Shown: in pieces, positions 1 through 11,104 of the stretch
How positions within the stretch are numbered: the first letter of the stretch is position 1
Layout: every line of letters starts with the position of its first letter
The notes under the pieces: model-generated
What the model was told of the DNA's origin: nothing
Databases searched by the model: none
The model's input: the letters and a program-made list of their open reading frames with translations, nothing else
Position numbers and translations under genes: made by a program
DNA from: an uncultured Propionivibrio sp.
Lineage (GTDB): Bacteria > Pseudomonadota > Gammaproteobacteria > Burkholderiales > Rhodocyclaceae
Reading direction: 5' to 3'
Assembly: GCA_964394535.1 (NCBI GenBank)
Contig: CAYMYD010000001.1
Span: forward strand, 1 to 43,064
DNA length: 43,064 nucleotides

Positions 1-107
1 CGGCAGAAATTTACCGCTCGATCGCCCGCCGCATCGCCGTCAAGGTCGCCGAGCGTGCCAAGGACATGAGCAGCAAGTTCCCGAATATCGTGGTGCAGAA
101 CACCTGA
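1..107 (+). CDS. apbC: 3' end of Mrp/ApbC Fe-S cluster carrier ATPase (partial)
   Basis: Frame from nt 3 reads AEIYRSIARRIAVKVAERAKDMSSKFPNIVVQNT* (TGA 105-107), resembling the betaproteobacterial ApbC C-terminus; apbC is commonly near dcd. Confidence 0.75.
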   Translation, partial: AEIYRSIARRIAVKVAERAKDMSSKFPNIVVQNT

Positions 108-128
108 AATAAGGTGGTACGGCGGGCA

Positions 129-155
129 CTGCCGGGGCGCGGGCTGCCCCGGCAG
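129..155. terminator. GC-rich hairpin between convergent genes
   Basis: Perfect 10-bp inverted repeat CTGCCGGGGC / GCCCCGGCAG between two convergent stop codons; no clear U-tract. Confidence 0.5.
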
Positions 156-163
156 GACTCCGC

Positions 164-1612
164 TTACAGGCTGTCGCCGAAGTCCCTGCGGAACTGGTCA
201 ACCAGTTTTTGCTGCCAGTCCGAAAGCGCTTTCAATCGACCGTAGAAAAAGCGCAGGATGGCCGGTTCATCGGTGAACGTCAGGCCACCGATCAGTGAGC
301 GGTGCTGGTACAGCCAGCTGATGCGGTCGATGGCGTATTTGACCTGCGAGAGCGTGAATACGCGTCGGGGCATGGCCAACCGCAACAGTTCCATGTGCGA
401 GAGCACTTCGTTGCCCTTGGCGTCGCGCTCTTCCGACAAGGTGCCACGCTCCATGCCGCGAATGCCACCGGCAATATACAGCGCGACGGCCAGGGCTCCC
501 GAGGGGTATTGGGCCTGCGGGATGTGATCGACGAATTTCATGGCGTTGATGTGGCAGCCCAGTCCGCCGGCCGGGGTAATGACCGGTACGCCGCGCTTTT
601 GCAACTCATCGACCATGTAGGCGATGAATTGCGGCCCCTGGCCGATCATGTCCTCGTCCATGGTTTCGTCCAGGCCGACGGTGATCGCTTCCATTTCGCG
701 TACCGACATGCCGCCATAGGTGAGGAAGCCTTCAAACAGCGGCACCAGTCCGCGCATCTTGCGGAACAGGGCTTCATCACGGATGCAGATGCCGCCGCCG
801 CGTGCATGGCTCAATTTTCTGGCCGAGAAGTAAATGATGTCGCACAGGTCGGCAAGCTTGCGGGTGATTTCACGGATGGAGAGGTTCTGGCAGGCGGCTT
901 CACGTTGTTTGATGAAGTAGAGGTTGTCGGCCAGCAGGCTGGCGTCGAGTACCAGCAGAATGCCGTGCTGATCGCACAACCGGCGCACTTCGCCCAGGTT
1001 TTCCAGCGAGAAGGGCTGGCCACCGATCAGGTTGGTCCCTGCCTCCATACGCACGAAAGCGATCCGCTCACTGCCATGCTGCTGGATGAGCGCAGCCAGC
1101 TTGGCAATGTCCACGTTGCCTTTGAACGGATGGCTGCTGCTGACCTCGATCCCGGCATCCGAGATGACTTCCTCGACGGTGCCGCCGTTACGCATGATGT
1201 GCGCGCGGGTAGTCGTGAAGTGGTAGTTCATCGGCACGACCGAGCCGGGCGTGACCAGCACCTGCGCGAGGATATTTTCACAAGCGCGTCCCTGGTGCGC
1301 GGGCAGGAACCAGGGGGTGCCGAAAATTTCCCGTACCTTGTTTTCCATGCGCGTATAGGTGGCACTGCCGGCGTAACTGTCGTCGGCAGTCATCATTGCC
1401 GCCTGCTGTTGGTCGCTCATGGCATTGACGCCGCTGTCGGTGAGCATGTCCATGAACACATCCCTGTTTTGCAGCAGGAAGGTGTTGTTGCCTGCTTCAT
1501 TGATGGCGCGCAGGCGCGCTTCCACCGGCGGCAGATTCAGTTTTTGCACGATGCGCACCTTGTGCATTTCCAGTGGGATCTGCTCGCCTCCAAAAAACCT
1601 GACCTTGTCCAT
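164..1612 (-). CDS. PLP-dependent beta-eliminating lyase, tryptophanase / tyrosine phenol-lyase family (TPL-type specificity residues)
   Basis: 482 aa; motifs DMLTDSG, DDSYAGS, HQGRACE, FSARK (PLP Lys), EGFLTYGG, MERG, LRLAMPRRVFT, LRFF. Confidence 0.9.
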   Translation of the reverse strand: MDKVRFFGGEQIPLEMHKVRIVQKLNLPPVEARLRAINEAGNNTFLLQNRDVFMDMLTDSGVNAMSDQQQAAMMTADDSYAGSATYTRMENKVREIFGTPWFLPAHQGRACENILAQVLVTPGSVVPMNYHFTTTRAHIMRNGGTVEEVISDAGIEVSSSHPFKGNVDIAKLAALIQQHGSERIAFVRMEAGTNLIGGQPFSLENLGEVRRLCDQHGILLVLDASLLADNLYFIKQREAACQNLSIREITRKLADLCDIIYFSARKLSHARGGGICIRDEALFRKMRGLVPLFEGFLTYGGMSVREMEAITVGLDETMDEDMIGQGPQFIAYMVDELQKRGVPVITPAGGLGCHINAMKFVDHIPQAQYPSGALAVALYIAGGIRGMERGTLSEERDAKGNEVLSHMELLRLAMPRRVFTLSQVKYAIDRISWLYQHRSLIGGLTFTDEPAILRFFYGRLKALSDWQQKLVDQFRRDFGDSL

Positions 1613-1782
1613 GTCGTCTCCGATAGTGTTTGAAATGAGAATCGTGCCTGATTATCCGCCCCATTGCCCGGCGGGGCAATGTATGCGATGGCCGTAAACG
1701 CCGGCTTCCGCCAAATTTCCCCACCTTGTCCGCAGGACACCGTAAAATAGCGCCCTCGATTCATTGTTCTCCGGGAGCCGGC

Positions 1783-2349
1783 ATGAGCATCAAATCCGAC
1801 AAATGGATTCGCCGCATGGCGCAGCAGCATCGCATGATCGAACCGTTCGAGCCGGGTCAGGTGCGTCACGTTGACGGCCAGAAAATCGTTTCCTACGGCA
1901 CCTCCAGCTACGGTTACGACATTCGCTGTTCCAACGAATTCAAGCTGTTCACCAATCTCAATTCAACGATCGTCGATCCCAAGAATTTCGACCCAAATTC
2001 CTTTGTCGAAGTGACCGGCGATTACTGCATCATCCCGCCGAATTCCTTCGCCCTGGCGCGCACGGTCGAGTATTTCCGCATCCCGCGCAGCGTGCTGACC
2101 ATCTGCCTTGGCAAGAGCACCTATGCGCGTTGCGGCATCATCGTCAACGTCACGCCTTTCGAGCCGGAATGGGAAGGCTACGTGACGCTGGAGTTTTCCA
2201 ACACCACGCCGCTGCCGGCGAAGATTTACGCCAACGAAGGCTGCGCCCAGGTGCTGTTCTTCGAATCCGACGAAGTCTGCGAAACCTCGTACAAGGATCG
2301 CGGCGGCAAGTATCAGGGGCAGGTGGGTGTAACACTGCCTAAAATCTAG
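1783..2349 (+). CDS. dcd: dCTP deaminase
   Basis: [12 protein letters not shown]..., [30 protein letters not shown] 1783 preceded by GGAG (ORF-track start 1726 is too far upstream). Confidence 0.96.
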   Translation: MSIKSDKWIRRMAQQHRMIEPFEPGQVRHVDGQKIVSYGTSSYGYDIRCSNEFKLFTNLNSTIVDPKNFDPNSFVEVTGDYCIIPPNSFALARTVEYFRIPRSVLTICLGKSTYARCGIIVNVTPFEPEWEGYVTLEFSNTTPLPAKIYANEGCAQVLFFESDEVCETSYKDRGGKYQGQVGVTLPKI

Positions 2350-2416
2350 TGAGGCGTGAGGCGCAAGGAGTGAGGAAAAACTCCCCGCTCCTCACGCCTT
2401 GCTCCTCTCTCTTCAC
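2349..2416. repeat. Intergenic inverted repeat with 4+4 heptamer arms
   Basis: GTGAGGC GTGAGGC GCAAGGA GTGAGGA - 12 nt - TCCTCAC GCCTTGC TCCTCTC TCTTCAC. Confidence 0.8.
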
Positions 2417-2428
2417 TGGAACTAACAC

Positions 2429-4669
2429 ATGCGATTCAATTTTCCCATCATCATCATTGACGAGGATTTCCGTTCGGAGAATGCCTCGGGTCTGGGTATC
2501 CGCGCACTGGCCGAGGCCATTGAAAAAGAGGGCATGGAGGTGCTCGGTGTCACCAGTTACGGTGACCTTTCCTCCTTTGCCCAGCAGCAATCGCGGGCGT
2601 CGACTTTCATCCTGTCGATCGACGACGAGGAGTTCGGCTCCGGTCAGGCCGAGAAGACGATCTCCGAACTGCGTGCCTTCGTGACCGAAATCCGTTGCCG
2701 CAACGAGGAGATTCCGATCTTCCTGCACGGCGAAACGCGCACCTCGCGACATATTCCGAACGACGTGCTGCGCGAACTGCACGGCTTCATCCACATGTTC
2801 GAGGATACGCCGGAGTTCATCGCCCGCTACGTCGTGCGCGAGGCCCGGAGTTATCTCAAGAGTGTGCCGCCACCCTTCTTCAGCGCGCTGGTGCATTACG
2901 CTGCGGACGGCTCCTACTCCTGGCACTGCCCCGGACATTCCGGTGGCGTGGCCTTTTTGAAAAGCCCGGTCGGGCAGATGTTCCACCAGTTTTTCGGTGA
3001 GAACATGCTGCGTGCCGACGTCTGCAACGCCGTCGAGGAACTGGGTCAGTTGCTCGACCACACCGGCCCGGTCGCCGCATCCGAGCGCAACGCAGCGCGC
3101 ATTTTCAACGCCGACCACCTGTTCTTCGTCACCAACGGCACTTCGACCTCGAACAAGATTGTCTGGAATTCGACCGTCGCGCCGGGCGACGTGGTAGTCG
3201 TTGACCGCAACTGCCACAAGTCGATTCTTCACTCGATTATCATGACCGGGGCGATTCCGGTGTTCCTGATGCCGACGCGTAACCACTTCGGCATCATCGG
3301 CCCGATCCCGAAGGAAGAATTCCGCTGGGAAAACATCCAGAAAAAAATCGCCGCGCATCCCTTTGCCAGCAAGGTGAATGCCAAGCCCCGCGTGCTGACG
3401 ATCACCCAGAGCACCTACGACGGCATCCTCTACAACGTCGAGGAAATCAAGGAAATGCTCGACGGCAGGATCGATACCCTGCATTTCGACGAAGCCTGGC
3501 TGCCACACGCCGCCTTCCACGATTTTTACGGCGATTATCACGCCATCGGTGCCGACCGTCCGCGCTGCAAGGAGTCGATGGTGTTCTCGACGCAATCGAC
3601 GCACAAGCTGCTGGCCGGTCTCTCGCAGGCTTCGCAGATCCTCGTGCAGAATTCCGCGGAACGCGAACTCGATCGCAACGTGTTCAACGAAGCCTATCTG
3701 ATGCACACCTCGACCTCGCCGCAGTACTCGATCATCGCTTCGTGCGATGTGGCGGCGGCGATGATGGAAGCACCGGCCGGGACGGCGCTGGTCGAAGAAT
3801 CCATCGCCGAAGCCCTCGATTTCCGCCGCGCCATGCGCAAGATCGACGAGGAATGGGGGGCAGACTGGTGGTTCAAGGTGTGGGGGCCGGATGACCTCTC
3901 CGAAGAGGGTATCGAGGAGCGCGAAGCCTGGATGCTCAAGCCTTGTGATCGCTGGCATGGCTTTGGCCAACTGGCCGAAGGTTTCAACATGCTCGACCCG
4001 ATCAAGGCGACGATCATCACGCCGGGGCTGGATGTTGACGGTGAATTTACCGAACAATGGGGCATCCCGGCGGCGATTGTCACCAAATACCTGGCCGAAC
4101 ACGGCGTCATTGTCGAAAAGTGCGGGCTTTACAGCTTCTTCATCATGTTCACCATCGGCATCACCAAGGGCCGCTGGAACACGATGGTTACCGAACTCCA
4201 GCAGTTCAAGGACGACTACGACAAGAACCAGCCGCTGTGGAAGGTGATGCCCGCGTTCATCGCCAAACATCCCTGCTACGAGCGCATGGGGCTCATGGAT
4301 CTGTGCCACCTGATTCATGGCGTCTACGCGGTCAATGACGTGGCGCGGCTGACGACCGAGATGTATCTTTCGGACATGGTGCCGGCGATGCGTCCGACCG
4401 ATGCCTTCGCCAAAATGGCGCACCGCGAGATCGACCGTGTGCCGATCGACCAGCTTGAAGGGCGCATCACCAGCATCCTGCTCACGCCCTACCCACCGGG
4501 CATCCCGCTGCTGATTCCGGGCGAGCGTTTCAACGCCACCATCGTCCGCTACCTCAAGTTCGCCCGTTATTTCAACGAACAGTTCCCCGGTTTCGAGACC
4601 GACATTCACGGACTGGTCAAGGAAGTGGTGGACGGCAAGGCGCGCTATTTCGTCGATTGTGTGCGCTGA
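2429..4669 (+). CDS. Arginine/lysine/ornithine decarboxylase (wing-domain-containing AdiA/CadA/LdcA family)
   Basis: 746 aa; N-terminal wing domain, WHCPGHSGG, TNGTSTSN, DRNCHKS, HFDEAW, STHKLL (PLP Lys), PYPPGIP; substrate not determinable by eye. Confidence 0.93.
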   Translation: MRFNFPIIIIDEDFRSENASGLGIRALAEAIEKEGMEVLGVTSYGDLSSFAQQQSRASTFILSIDDEEFGSGQAEKTISELRAFVTEIRCRNEEIPIFLHGETRTSRHIPNDVLRELHGFIHMFEDTPEFIARYVVREARSYLKSVPPPFFSALVHYAADGSYSWHCPGHSGGVAFLKSPVGQMFHQFFGENMLRADVCNAVEELGQLLDHTGPVAASERNAARIFNADHLFFVTNGTSTSNKIVWNSTVAPGDVVVVDRNCHKSILHSIIMTGAIPVFLMPTRNHFGIIGPIPKEEFRWENIQKKIAAHPFASKVNAKPRVLTITQSTYDGILYNVEEIKEMLDGRIDTLHFDEAWLPHAAFHDFYGDYHAIGADRPRCKESMVFSTQSTHKLLAGLSQASQILVQNSAERELDRNVFNEAYLMHTSTSPQYSIIASCDVAAAMMEAPAGTALVEESIAEALDFRRAMRKIDEEWGADWWFKVWGPDDLSEEGIEEREAWMLKPCDRWHGFGQLAEGFNMLDPIKATIITPGLDVDGEFTEQWGIPAAIVTKYLAEHGVIVEKCGLYSFFIMFTIGITKGRWNTMVTELQQFKDDYDKNQPLWKVMPAFIAKHPCYERMGLMDLCHLIHGVYAVNDVARLTTEMYLSDMVPAMRPTDAFAKMAHREIDRVPIDQLEGRITSILLTPYPPGIPLLIPGERFNATIVRYLKFARYFNEQFPGFETDIHGLVKEVVDGKARYFVDCVR

Positions 4670-4671
4670 TT

Positions 4672-4703
4672 TGCGGCGGACCGTTTTTTTTACGTCCGCT
4701 GCA
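4672..4703 (+). terminator. Hairpin after decarboxylase stop
   Basis: TGCGGCGGAC / GTCCGCTGCA stem (one G-U); no downstream U-tract. Confidence 0.35.
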
Positions 4704-4713
4704 GTCATCACCT

Positions 4714-4741
4714 CTTGAAAAAAACCCGACCCGCCCCTATT
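4714..4741 (+). promoter_or_regulatory. sigma32 (RpoH)-type heat-shock promoter of groESL
   Basis: CTTGAA (4714-4719), 14-nt spacer, CCCCTATT (4734-4741), close to the CTTGAA-N13-17-CCCCATNT consensus. Confidence 0.7.
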
Positions 4742-4742
4742 A

Positions 4743-4769
4743 TTAGCACTCGTTCGCTTTGAGTGCTAA
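4743..4769 (+). promoter_or_regulatory. CIRCE element (HrcA operator)
   Basis: Exact TTAGCACTC-N9-GAGTGCTAA upstream of groES. Confidence 0.97.
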
Positions 4770-4854
4770 CAAAAGTTTTGCAGGCAAAGCGTCGGTTCGC
4801 CTCAGCGAACAACGGTTATCCGCTTATTTTCGTTTTAAAACAGGAGATTAGAGT

Positions 4855-5145
4855 ATGAAAATTCGTCCTTTGCACGATCGCGTGATCGTCAAGCGCCTTG
4901 ATGAAGAACGTAAGACGGCTTCCGGCATCGTGATTCCCGATGCAGCCGCCGAGAAGCCCGATCAAGGGCAGGTCATTTCCGTCGGTCCCGGCAAGCGCGA
5001 CGATAACGGCAAGCAAATCACCCTGGATGTCAAGGTCGGTGATCGCGTCCTGTTCGGCAAGTACGCCGGCCAGACCGTCAAGGTCGATGGCGAGGAACTG
5101 CTCGTCATGCGTGAAGAAGACATCATGGGCATCGTCGAAGCCTGA
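4855..5145 (+). CDS. groES: Co-chaperonin GroES
   Basis: [10 protein letters not shown]...TASGIVIPD...[21 protein letters not shown]. Confidence 0.99.
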   Translation: MKIRPLHDRVIVKRLDEERKTASGIVIPDAAAEKPDQGQVISVGPGKRDDNGKQITLDVKVGDRVLFGKYAGQTVKVDGEELLVMREEDIMGIVEA

Positions 5146-5169
5146 TTGCGCTTCCCCTCAATTCTCTAA

Positions 5170-6840
<1,671 letters not shown>

Positions 6841-6874
6841 TTCGTCCCTGTTCAGACCTTCCGGCCTGAAACGG

Positions 6875-6908
6875 AAACCCCCGCAGTCGTCCGGCTGCGG
6901 GGGTTTTT
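6875..6908 (+). terminator. Rho-independent terminator of groESL
   Basis: AAACCCCCGCAG / CTGCGGGGGTTT stem followed by T-run. Confidence 0.9.
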
Positions 6909-7042
6909 ACTTGTAGTCGTTGCTGGCGAAGCGGTCAGTGGGGTGCGAAAATCGGTTTGCAGCAGAAGAGCATCCCGTTACAATAGCTGCGGATGATATT
7001 TGTACTCGTGTAGCGCAAGCGCAAGGCACGGCAGGAGGTTGA

Positions 7043-7900
7043 ATGTTTCTCATCATTGGCTACATCATTATTCTGGCGGCATCGCTCGGCACCTTCTCGG
7101 TGCACGGCAGTCTGGCGGCGCTTTGGGTGCCGCTTGAGTACCTGGCGATTTTCGGTCTGGCTGTCGGCAGCTTTATTGCCGGCAATGACCTCAAGGCCAT
7201 CAAGGCGACCATTGCCGCCCTGCCCACGGTTTTCAAGGGGTCGAAGTTCAACCGGACGCTCTACGTGGATTTGCTGGCCATGCTCTTCGAGGTGCTCTCC
7301 AAGGTGCGCAAGGAAGGCCTGATGTCGATCGAGGGCGACGTCGAAAACCCGGAGGGTAGCCCGATCTTCAGCAAATACCCGACGCTGGCGAGCGATCATC
7401 ATGTGATGGAGTTCATCACCGACTATCTGCGCATGATGGTCGGCGGCAATCTCAATGCCATGGAAATCGAAAACCTGATGGACATCGAAATCGAAACGCA
7501 CCACCATGAGGTCGAAATCCCCGCGCACATCGTCACCAAAATCGCCGATGCGACCCCGGCCTTCGGTATCGTCGTGGCGGTGATGGGCGTGGTCAACGTC
7601 ATGGGCTCGGTCGGTGAGCCGCCGCCGGTGCTCGGCAAGATGATCGGCGGCGCGCTGGTCGGCACCTTCTTCGGGATTCTGCTGGCTTACGGTTTTGTTA
7701 CGCCGGTCGCGACCATTCTCGAGAACAAGGCGCACGAAGGGTCGAAAATCTATCAGGTCATCAAGGTGGTCCTGCTTGCCTCGATGTCCGGCTATGCGCC
7801 ACAGGTGGCCGTCGAATTCGGCCGCAAGGTCTTGTTCTCCAGCGACCGGCCGACCTTCGCCGAACTGGAAGCCGAACTCAAGGCACGCCGGGGCAAGTAA
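7043..7900 (+). CDS. motA: Flagellar stator protein MotA
   Basis: Four hydrophobic segments, KVRKEGLMSIE, PAFGIVVAVMG, GALVGTFFG, EFGRK; AGGAGG RBS. Confidence 0.95.
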   Translation: MFLIIGYIIILAASLGTFSVHGSLAALWVPLEYLAIFGLAVGSFIAGNDLKAIKATIAALPTVFKGSKFNRTLYVDLLAMLFEVLSKVRKEGLMSIEGDVENPEGSPIFSKYPTLASDHHVMEFITDYLRMMVGGNLNAMEIENLMDIEIETHHHEVEIPAHIVTKIADATPAFGIVVAVMGVVNVMGSVGEPPPVLGKMIGGALVGTFFGILLAYGFVTPVATILENKAHEGSKIYQVIKVVLLASMSGYAPQVAVEFGRKVLFSSDRPTFAELEAELKARRGK

Positions 7901-7927
7901 GCGCGTGGGCCAGCACAGGGAAATGCC

Positions 7928-8887
7928 ATGAGTGAAGATGTCCGTCCAATCGTCGTCAAACGCATCAAGAAGGTAGCAGGCGGCCACCACGGCGGCGCGT
8001 GGAAGATCGCCTACGCCGACTTCATGACGGCGATGATGGCCTTCTTCCTGCTCATGTGGCTGCTTGGCAGCTCAACGTCGAGTGCCGACCTGAAGGGTAT
8101 CTCCGACTTCTTCCAGAATCCGATGAAGGTTGCCATGCTCGGCGGCAGCGGTGCCGGCGACGCGACCAGCATCCTCAAGGGTGGCGGCAAGGATCTGACG
8201 GCCAGTAGCGGTCAGGTCAAGGGCGGTGAAACGCCCAAGCAGAAACAGCCGCCGAGCCTCAAGGACGCCAAGGACGAACAGTTGCGCAAGGAGTTCGAGC
8301 AGCGCGAAAAGCTGTCGCTGGGCGAACTCAAGCTGCACATTGAAAAACTGGTCGATAGCAACCTGACGCTCAAGCAGTTCAAGAACCAGTTGCTGATCGA
8401 TGTGGTTCAGGAAGGTTTGCGCATCCAGATCGTCGACGAAAAGAACCGTCCGATGTTCGATACCAGCAGTGCCGAACTCAAGCCCTATACGCGGGTGGTG
8501 CTGCGCGAGATCGGCAAGGCGCTGAATTCGGTGCCGAACAAGCTGAGCTTTACCGGGCATACCGACGCCGCCCAGTTCGGCGGCGGTGAAAAGGGGTTTT
8601 CCAACTGGGAGCTGTCGGCCAACCGGGCCAACGCTTCGCGGCGCGAAATGATCGCCGGCGGGATGGACGAGAACAAGGTGTTGCGCGTCGTCGGCCTGTC
8701 CTCGACCCTGCTGTTCGACAAGAACGATCCCTTGAGCCCGACCAACCGGCGGATCAGCATCATCGTGCTGAACAAACGTGCCGAGGAAGCCTTGTTGCAG
8801 GGGGATGGCCACGCCTCGCTGGATGTCGATAGCGAATCGGTGGACGAATTGCCCTCGCTGTCCCCACCGGCAGGCGGGAAGAACTGA
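7928..8887 (+). CDS. motB: Flagellar stator protein MotB
   Basis: HHGGAWKIAYADFMTAMMAFFL, OmpA-like GHTD and NWELSANRA, NRRISI. Confidence 0.96.
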   Translation: MSEDVRPIVVKRIKKVAGGHHGGAWKIAYADFMTAMMAFFLLMWLLGSSTSSADLKGISDFFQNPMKVAMLGGSGAGDATSILKGGGKDLTASSGQVKGGETPKQKQPPSLKDAKDEQLRKEFEQREKLSLGELKLHIEKLVDSNLTLKQFKNQLLIDVVQEGLRIQIVDEKNRPMFDTSSAELKPYTRVVLREIGKALNSVPNKLSFTGHTDAAQFGGGEKGFSNWELSANRANASRREMIAGGMDENKVLRVVGLSSTLLFDKNDPLSPTNRRISIIVLNKRAEEALLQGDGHASLDVDSESVDELPSLSPPAGGKN

Positions 8888-8936
8888 TTTCAGGCATGTA
8901 ATGGCCTGATGCCGCCGCGCTGTGCGGTGTGCGCCC

Positions 8937-9818
8937 ATGGAGAAGCCGTTGTCAGAAAGGAAACCCCCGCAGATCACCTTGCCGCCCGTTCGTCCGGCGG
9001 CAACGCGTGAATTTGTCTTCACGACGGCCGATTTTGAGCGGATTCGCAAGCTGATTCATGCTTACGCCGGGATTTCGCTGGCCGATACCAAGCAGGACAT
9101 GGTCTACAGTCGGCTGGCGCGCCGCCTGCGAGAAACGCAGAAAAAAACCTTCGGCGAGTATCTGGATTTGCTCGAACGCGGCGACAAGGCCGAATGGGAG
9201 CGCTTCGTCAATTCGTTGACGACCAATCTCACCTCGTTTTTCCGCGAGCCGCACCATTTTCCGATTCTGGCCGCGCATCTGAAGAAGCTGCAGGGAAAAT
9301 CACCAATCCGCATCTGGTGCTCGGCGGCTTCGACCGGCGAAGAGCCCTACAGCATTGCCATGACCGCCGTCGAGACTTTCAACAGCTTCAACATACCGGT
9401 GACGATCCTCGCCAGCGATCTCGACACCAATGTCCTGAGCGTTGCGGCAAATGGCGTTTATACGGCAGATCGGGTCGATAAACTGACACCGGAGCGCCTG
9501 AGCCGCTTTTTCACCCGGACCGGCGACAACTATACGGTCAAGCCCGAGTTGCGACGGATGCTGAGTTTTCAGCGTATCAACCTGCTCGAAACCAACTGGC
9601 CGGTGCGCGGCCCGCTCGACATCCTGTTCTGCCGCAACGTCATGATCTATTTTGACAAGCCGACCCAGTTCCGGATTCTTTCCCGTTTTGCGCCGCTGCT
9701 TGACGCAGAGGGCCTGCTGTTTGCCGGTCACTCCGAAAGCTTCATCCACGCAGCCGAGCTTTTCCGCCCGTTGGGGCGGACGGTTTACCAACGCCAACCG
9801 GGCGATGGGAAGCGCTGA
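8937..9818 (+). CDS. cheR: Chemotaxis protein methyltransferase CheR
   Basis: [42 protein letters not shown]; start taken at ATG 8937. Confidence 0.95.
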   Translation: MEKPLSERKPPQITLPPVRPAATREFVFTTADFERIRKLIHAYAGISLADTKQDMVYSRLARRLRETQKKTFGEYLDLLERGDKAEWERFVNSLTTNLTSFFREPHHFPILAAHLKKLQGKSPIRIWCSAASTGEEPYSIAMTAVETFNSFNIPVTILASDLDTNVLSVAANGVYTADRVDKLTPERLSRFFTRTGDNYTVKPELRRMLSFQRINLLETNWPVRGPLDILFCRNVMIYFDKPTQFRILSRFAPLLDAEGLLFAGHSESFIHAAELFRPLGRTVYQRQPGDGKR

Positions 9819-9819
9819 T

Positions 9820-10476
9820 ATGGACAAAAAAATACCGCCGTACCAGCCGCCCCCAAAATCATCGGGAAATGCGAGCCGGATCATTTTTGTCGGGGCGTCG
9901 ACCGGGGGTACCGAGGCGGTCAAGCACTTTCTGCTCGGATTTCCTGCGGATTGTCCGCCAATCCTTGTCGTGCAGCATATGCCAGAAACCTTTACCGGCT
10001 CTTTTGCCGCCCGGCTGGACAGCCTTTGTCGTCCGCACATCATCGAATCCAAAGGGGGGGAGGTCTTGCACGATGGCATGGTGTACATCGCCCCGGGCCA
10101 TTCACACATGAAAATCCGGCGCATCGGAACGGGTTTTGCCACCGAGTTGCTATCGACACCGCCGGTCAATCGGCACCGCCCCTCGGTTGACGTGCTGTTC
10201 GATTCGGCGGCCGAAGTGGTTGGACGCCAGGCCATCGGCGTGATCCTGACCGGCATGGGCAAGGATGGTGCCAGTGGCCTGCTGCGCATGCGTCAGGCCG
10301 GCGCCCGGACGTTCGGGCAGGACGAAGCCAGTTGCGTGGTCTATGGCATGCCCCGCGAGGCCGCACTGATCGGTGCCGTTGAAGAAGTCGTCACGCTCGA
10401 CGACATGCCGGCGCGGATTCTGGCGCTGCTTGGCCGGGGCGCGATGCCGAGAGGCGTCATGCATGCTGCGCATTGA
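9820..10476 (+). CDS. cheB: CheB methylesterase catalytic domain, no N-terminal receiver domain
   Basis: ATG 9820 immediately after cheR stop; [28 protein letters not shown]; only about 20 aa precede the esterase domain (218 aa total). Confidence 0.9.
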   Translation: MDKKIPPYQPPPKSSGNASRIIFVGASTGGTEAVKHFLLGFPADCPPILVVQHMPETFTGSFAARLDSLCRPHIIESKGGEVLHDGMVYIAPGHSHMKIRRIGTGFATELLSTPPVNRHRPSVDVLFDSAAEVVGRQAIGVILTGMGKDGASGLLRMRQAGARTFGQDEASCVVYGMPREAALIGAVEEVVTLDDMPARILALLGRGAMPRGVMHAAH

Positions 10477-10674
10477 GCGCAGTGCAAAAGCTTTTACAAG
10501 GGGGTATGGGTGGTGGGCCGGGCCGGGTTGCCGGGTGTTTTCGCAAAAAGAGCGTTCTTATGTCCGACAAAATTGATGTATAGTGATGCCAGCAAGATGT
10601 TCTGGCTGGATTGAGTTCCAGGCGCAACAGGGGTCTGGAGAGGGTCTGATCAAAAGAGTTGCTGGGAGCAGAAA

Positions 10675-11070
10675 TTGGTCGACGCGGCGAACCTGAGTGG
10701 CATCAAGGTCATGATCATTGATGACAGCAATACCATCCGGCGCAGCGCGGAGATTTTCCTTTTGCAGGCGGGATGTCAGGTGGTGCTGGCCGAAGACGGC
10801 TTTGATGCGCTGGCCAAGATCGCCGACCATCAGCCGGCAATCATCTTCTGCGACATCATGATGCCCCGACTCGACGGCTACCAGACCTGTGCCCTGATCA
10901 AGAAAAACCAGCATTTCCGCAATACGCCGCTGATCATGCTGTCGTCCAAGGACGGCCTGTTTGACCGCGCGCGTGGACGCATGGTCGGTTCCGACCAGTA
11001 TCTGACCAAGCCCTTTACCAAGGACAGTCTGCTGAAAGCGGTAGCAAGCTTCGCCGTGCAGCCGACCTGA
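10675..11070 (+). CDS. pilG: PilG-type single-domain response regulator
   Basis: DDSNTIRRSAE, DIMMPRLDGYQTCALIK, LSSKDGLFDRARG; TTG start with GGGAG upstream (start uncertain). Confidence 0.9.
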   Translation: MVDAANLSGIKVMIIDDSNTIRRSAEIFLLQAGCQVVLAEDGFDALAKIADHQPAIIFCDIMMPRLDGYQTCALIKKNQHFRNTPLIMLSSKDGLFDRARGRMVGSDQYLTKPFTKDSLLKAVASFAVQPT

Positions 11071-11104
11071 TTCTTCAACCATCAAGCAAAATTACGGAGT
11101 TACC

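Noticed and set aside
164..1612. Functional link between the TPL-like lyase and the putative tyrosine-derived product of the 27-36 kb cluster
   Set aside because: More than 25 kb apart with many housekeeping genes between; no sequence evidence of linkage
1613..1782. tnaC-like leader peptide or Fur box upstream of the lyase
   Set aside because: No recognisable leader; the AATGAGAATC stretch matches only about 10 of 19 Fur consensus positions
2339..4711. 790-aa minus-strand ORF (likewise 302-1633, 5158-6702, 16276-17892, 21435-24020 and others)
   Set aside because: Antisense shadows of well-recognised genes, expected from high-GC codon bias; no recognisable motifs
9652..9819. Upstream extension of the cheB ORF as a possible receiver domain
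   Set aside because: Overlaps cheR in another frame and has no REC motifs
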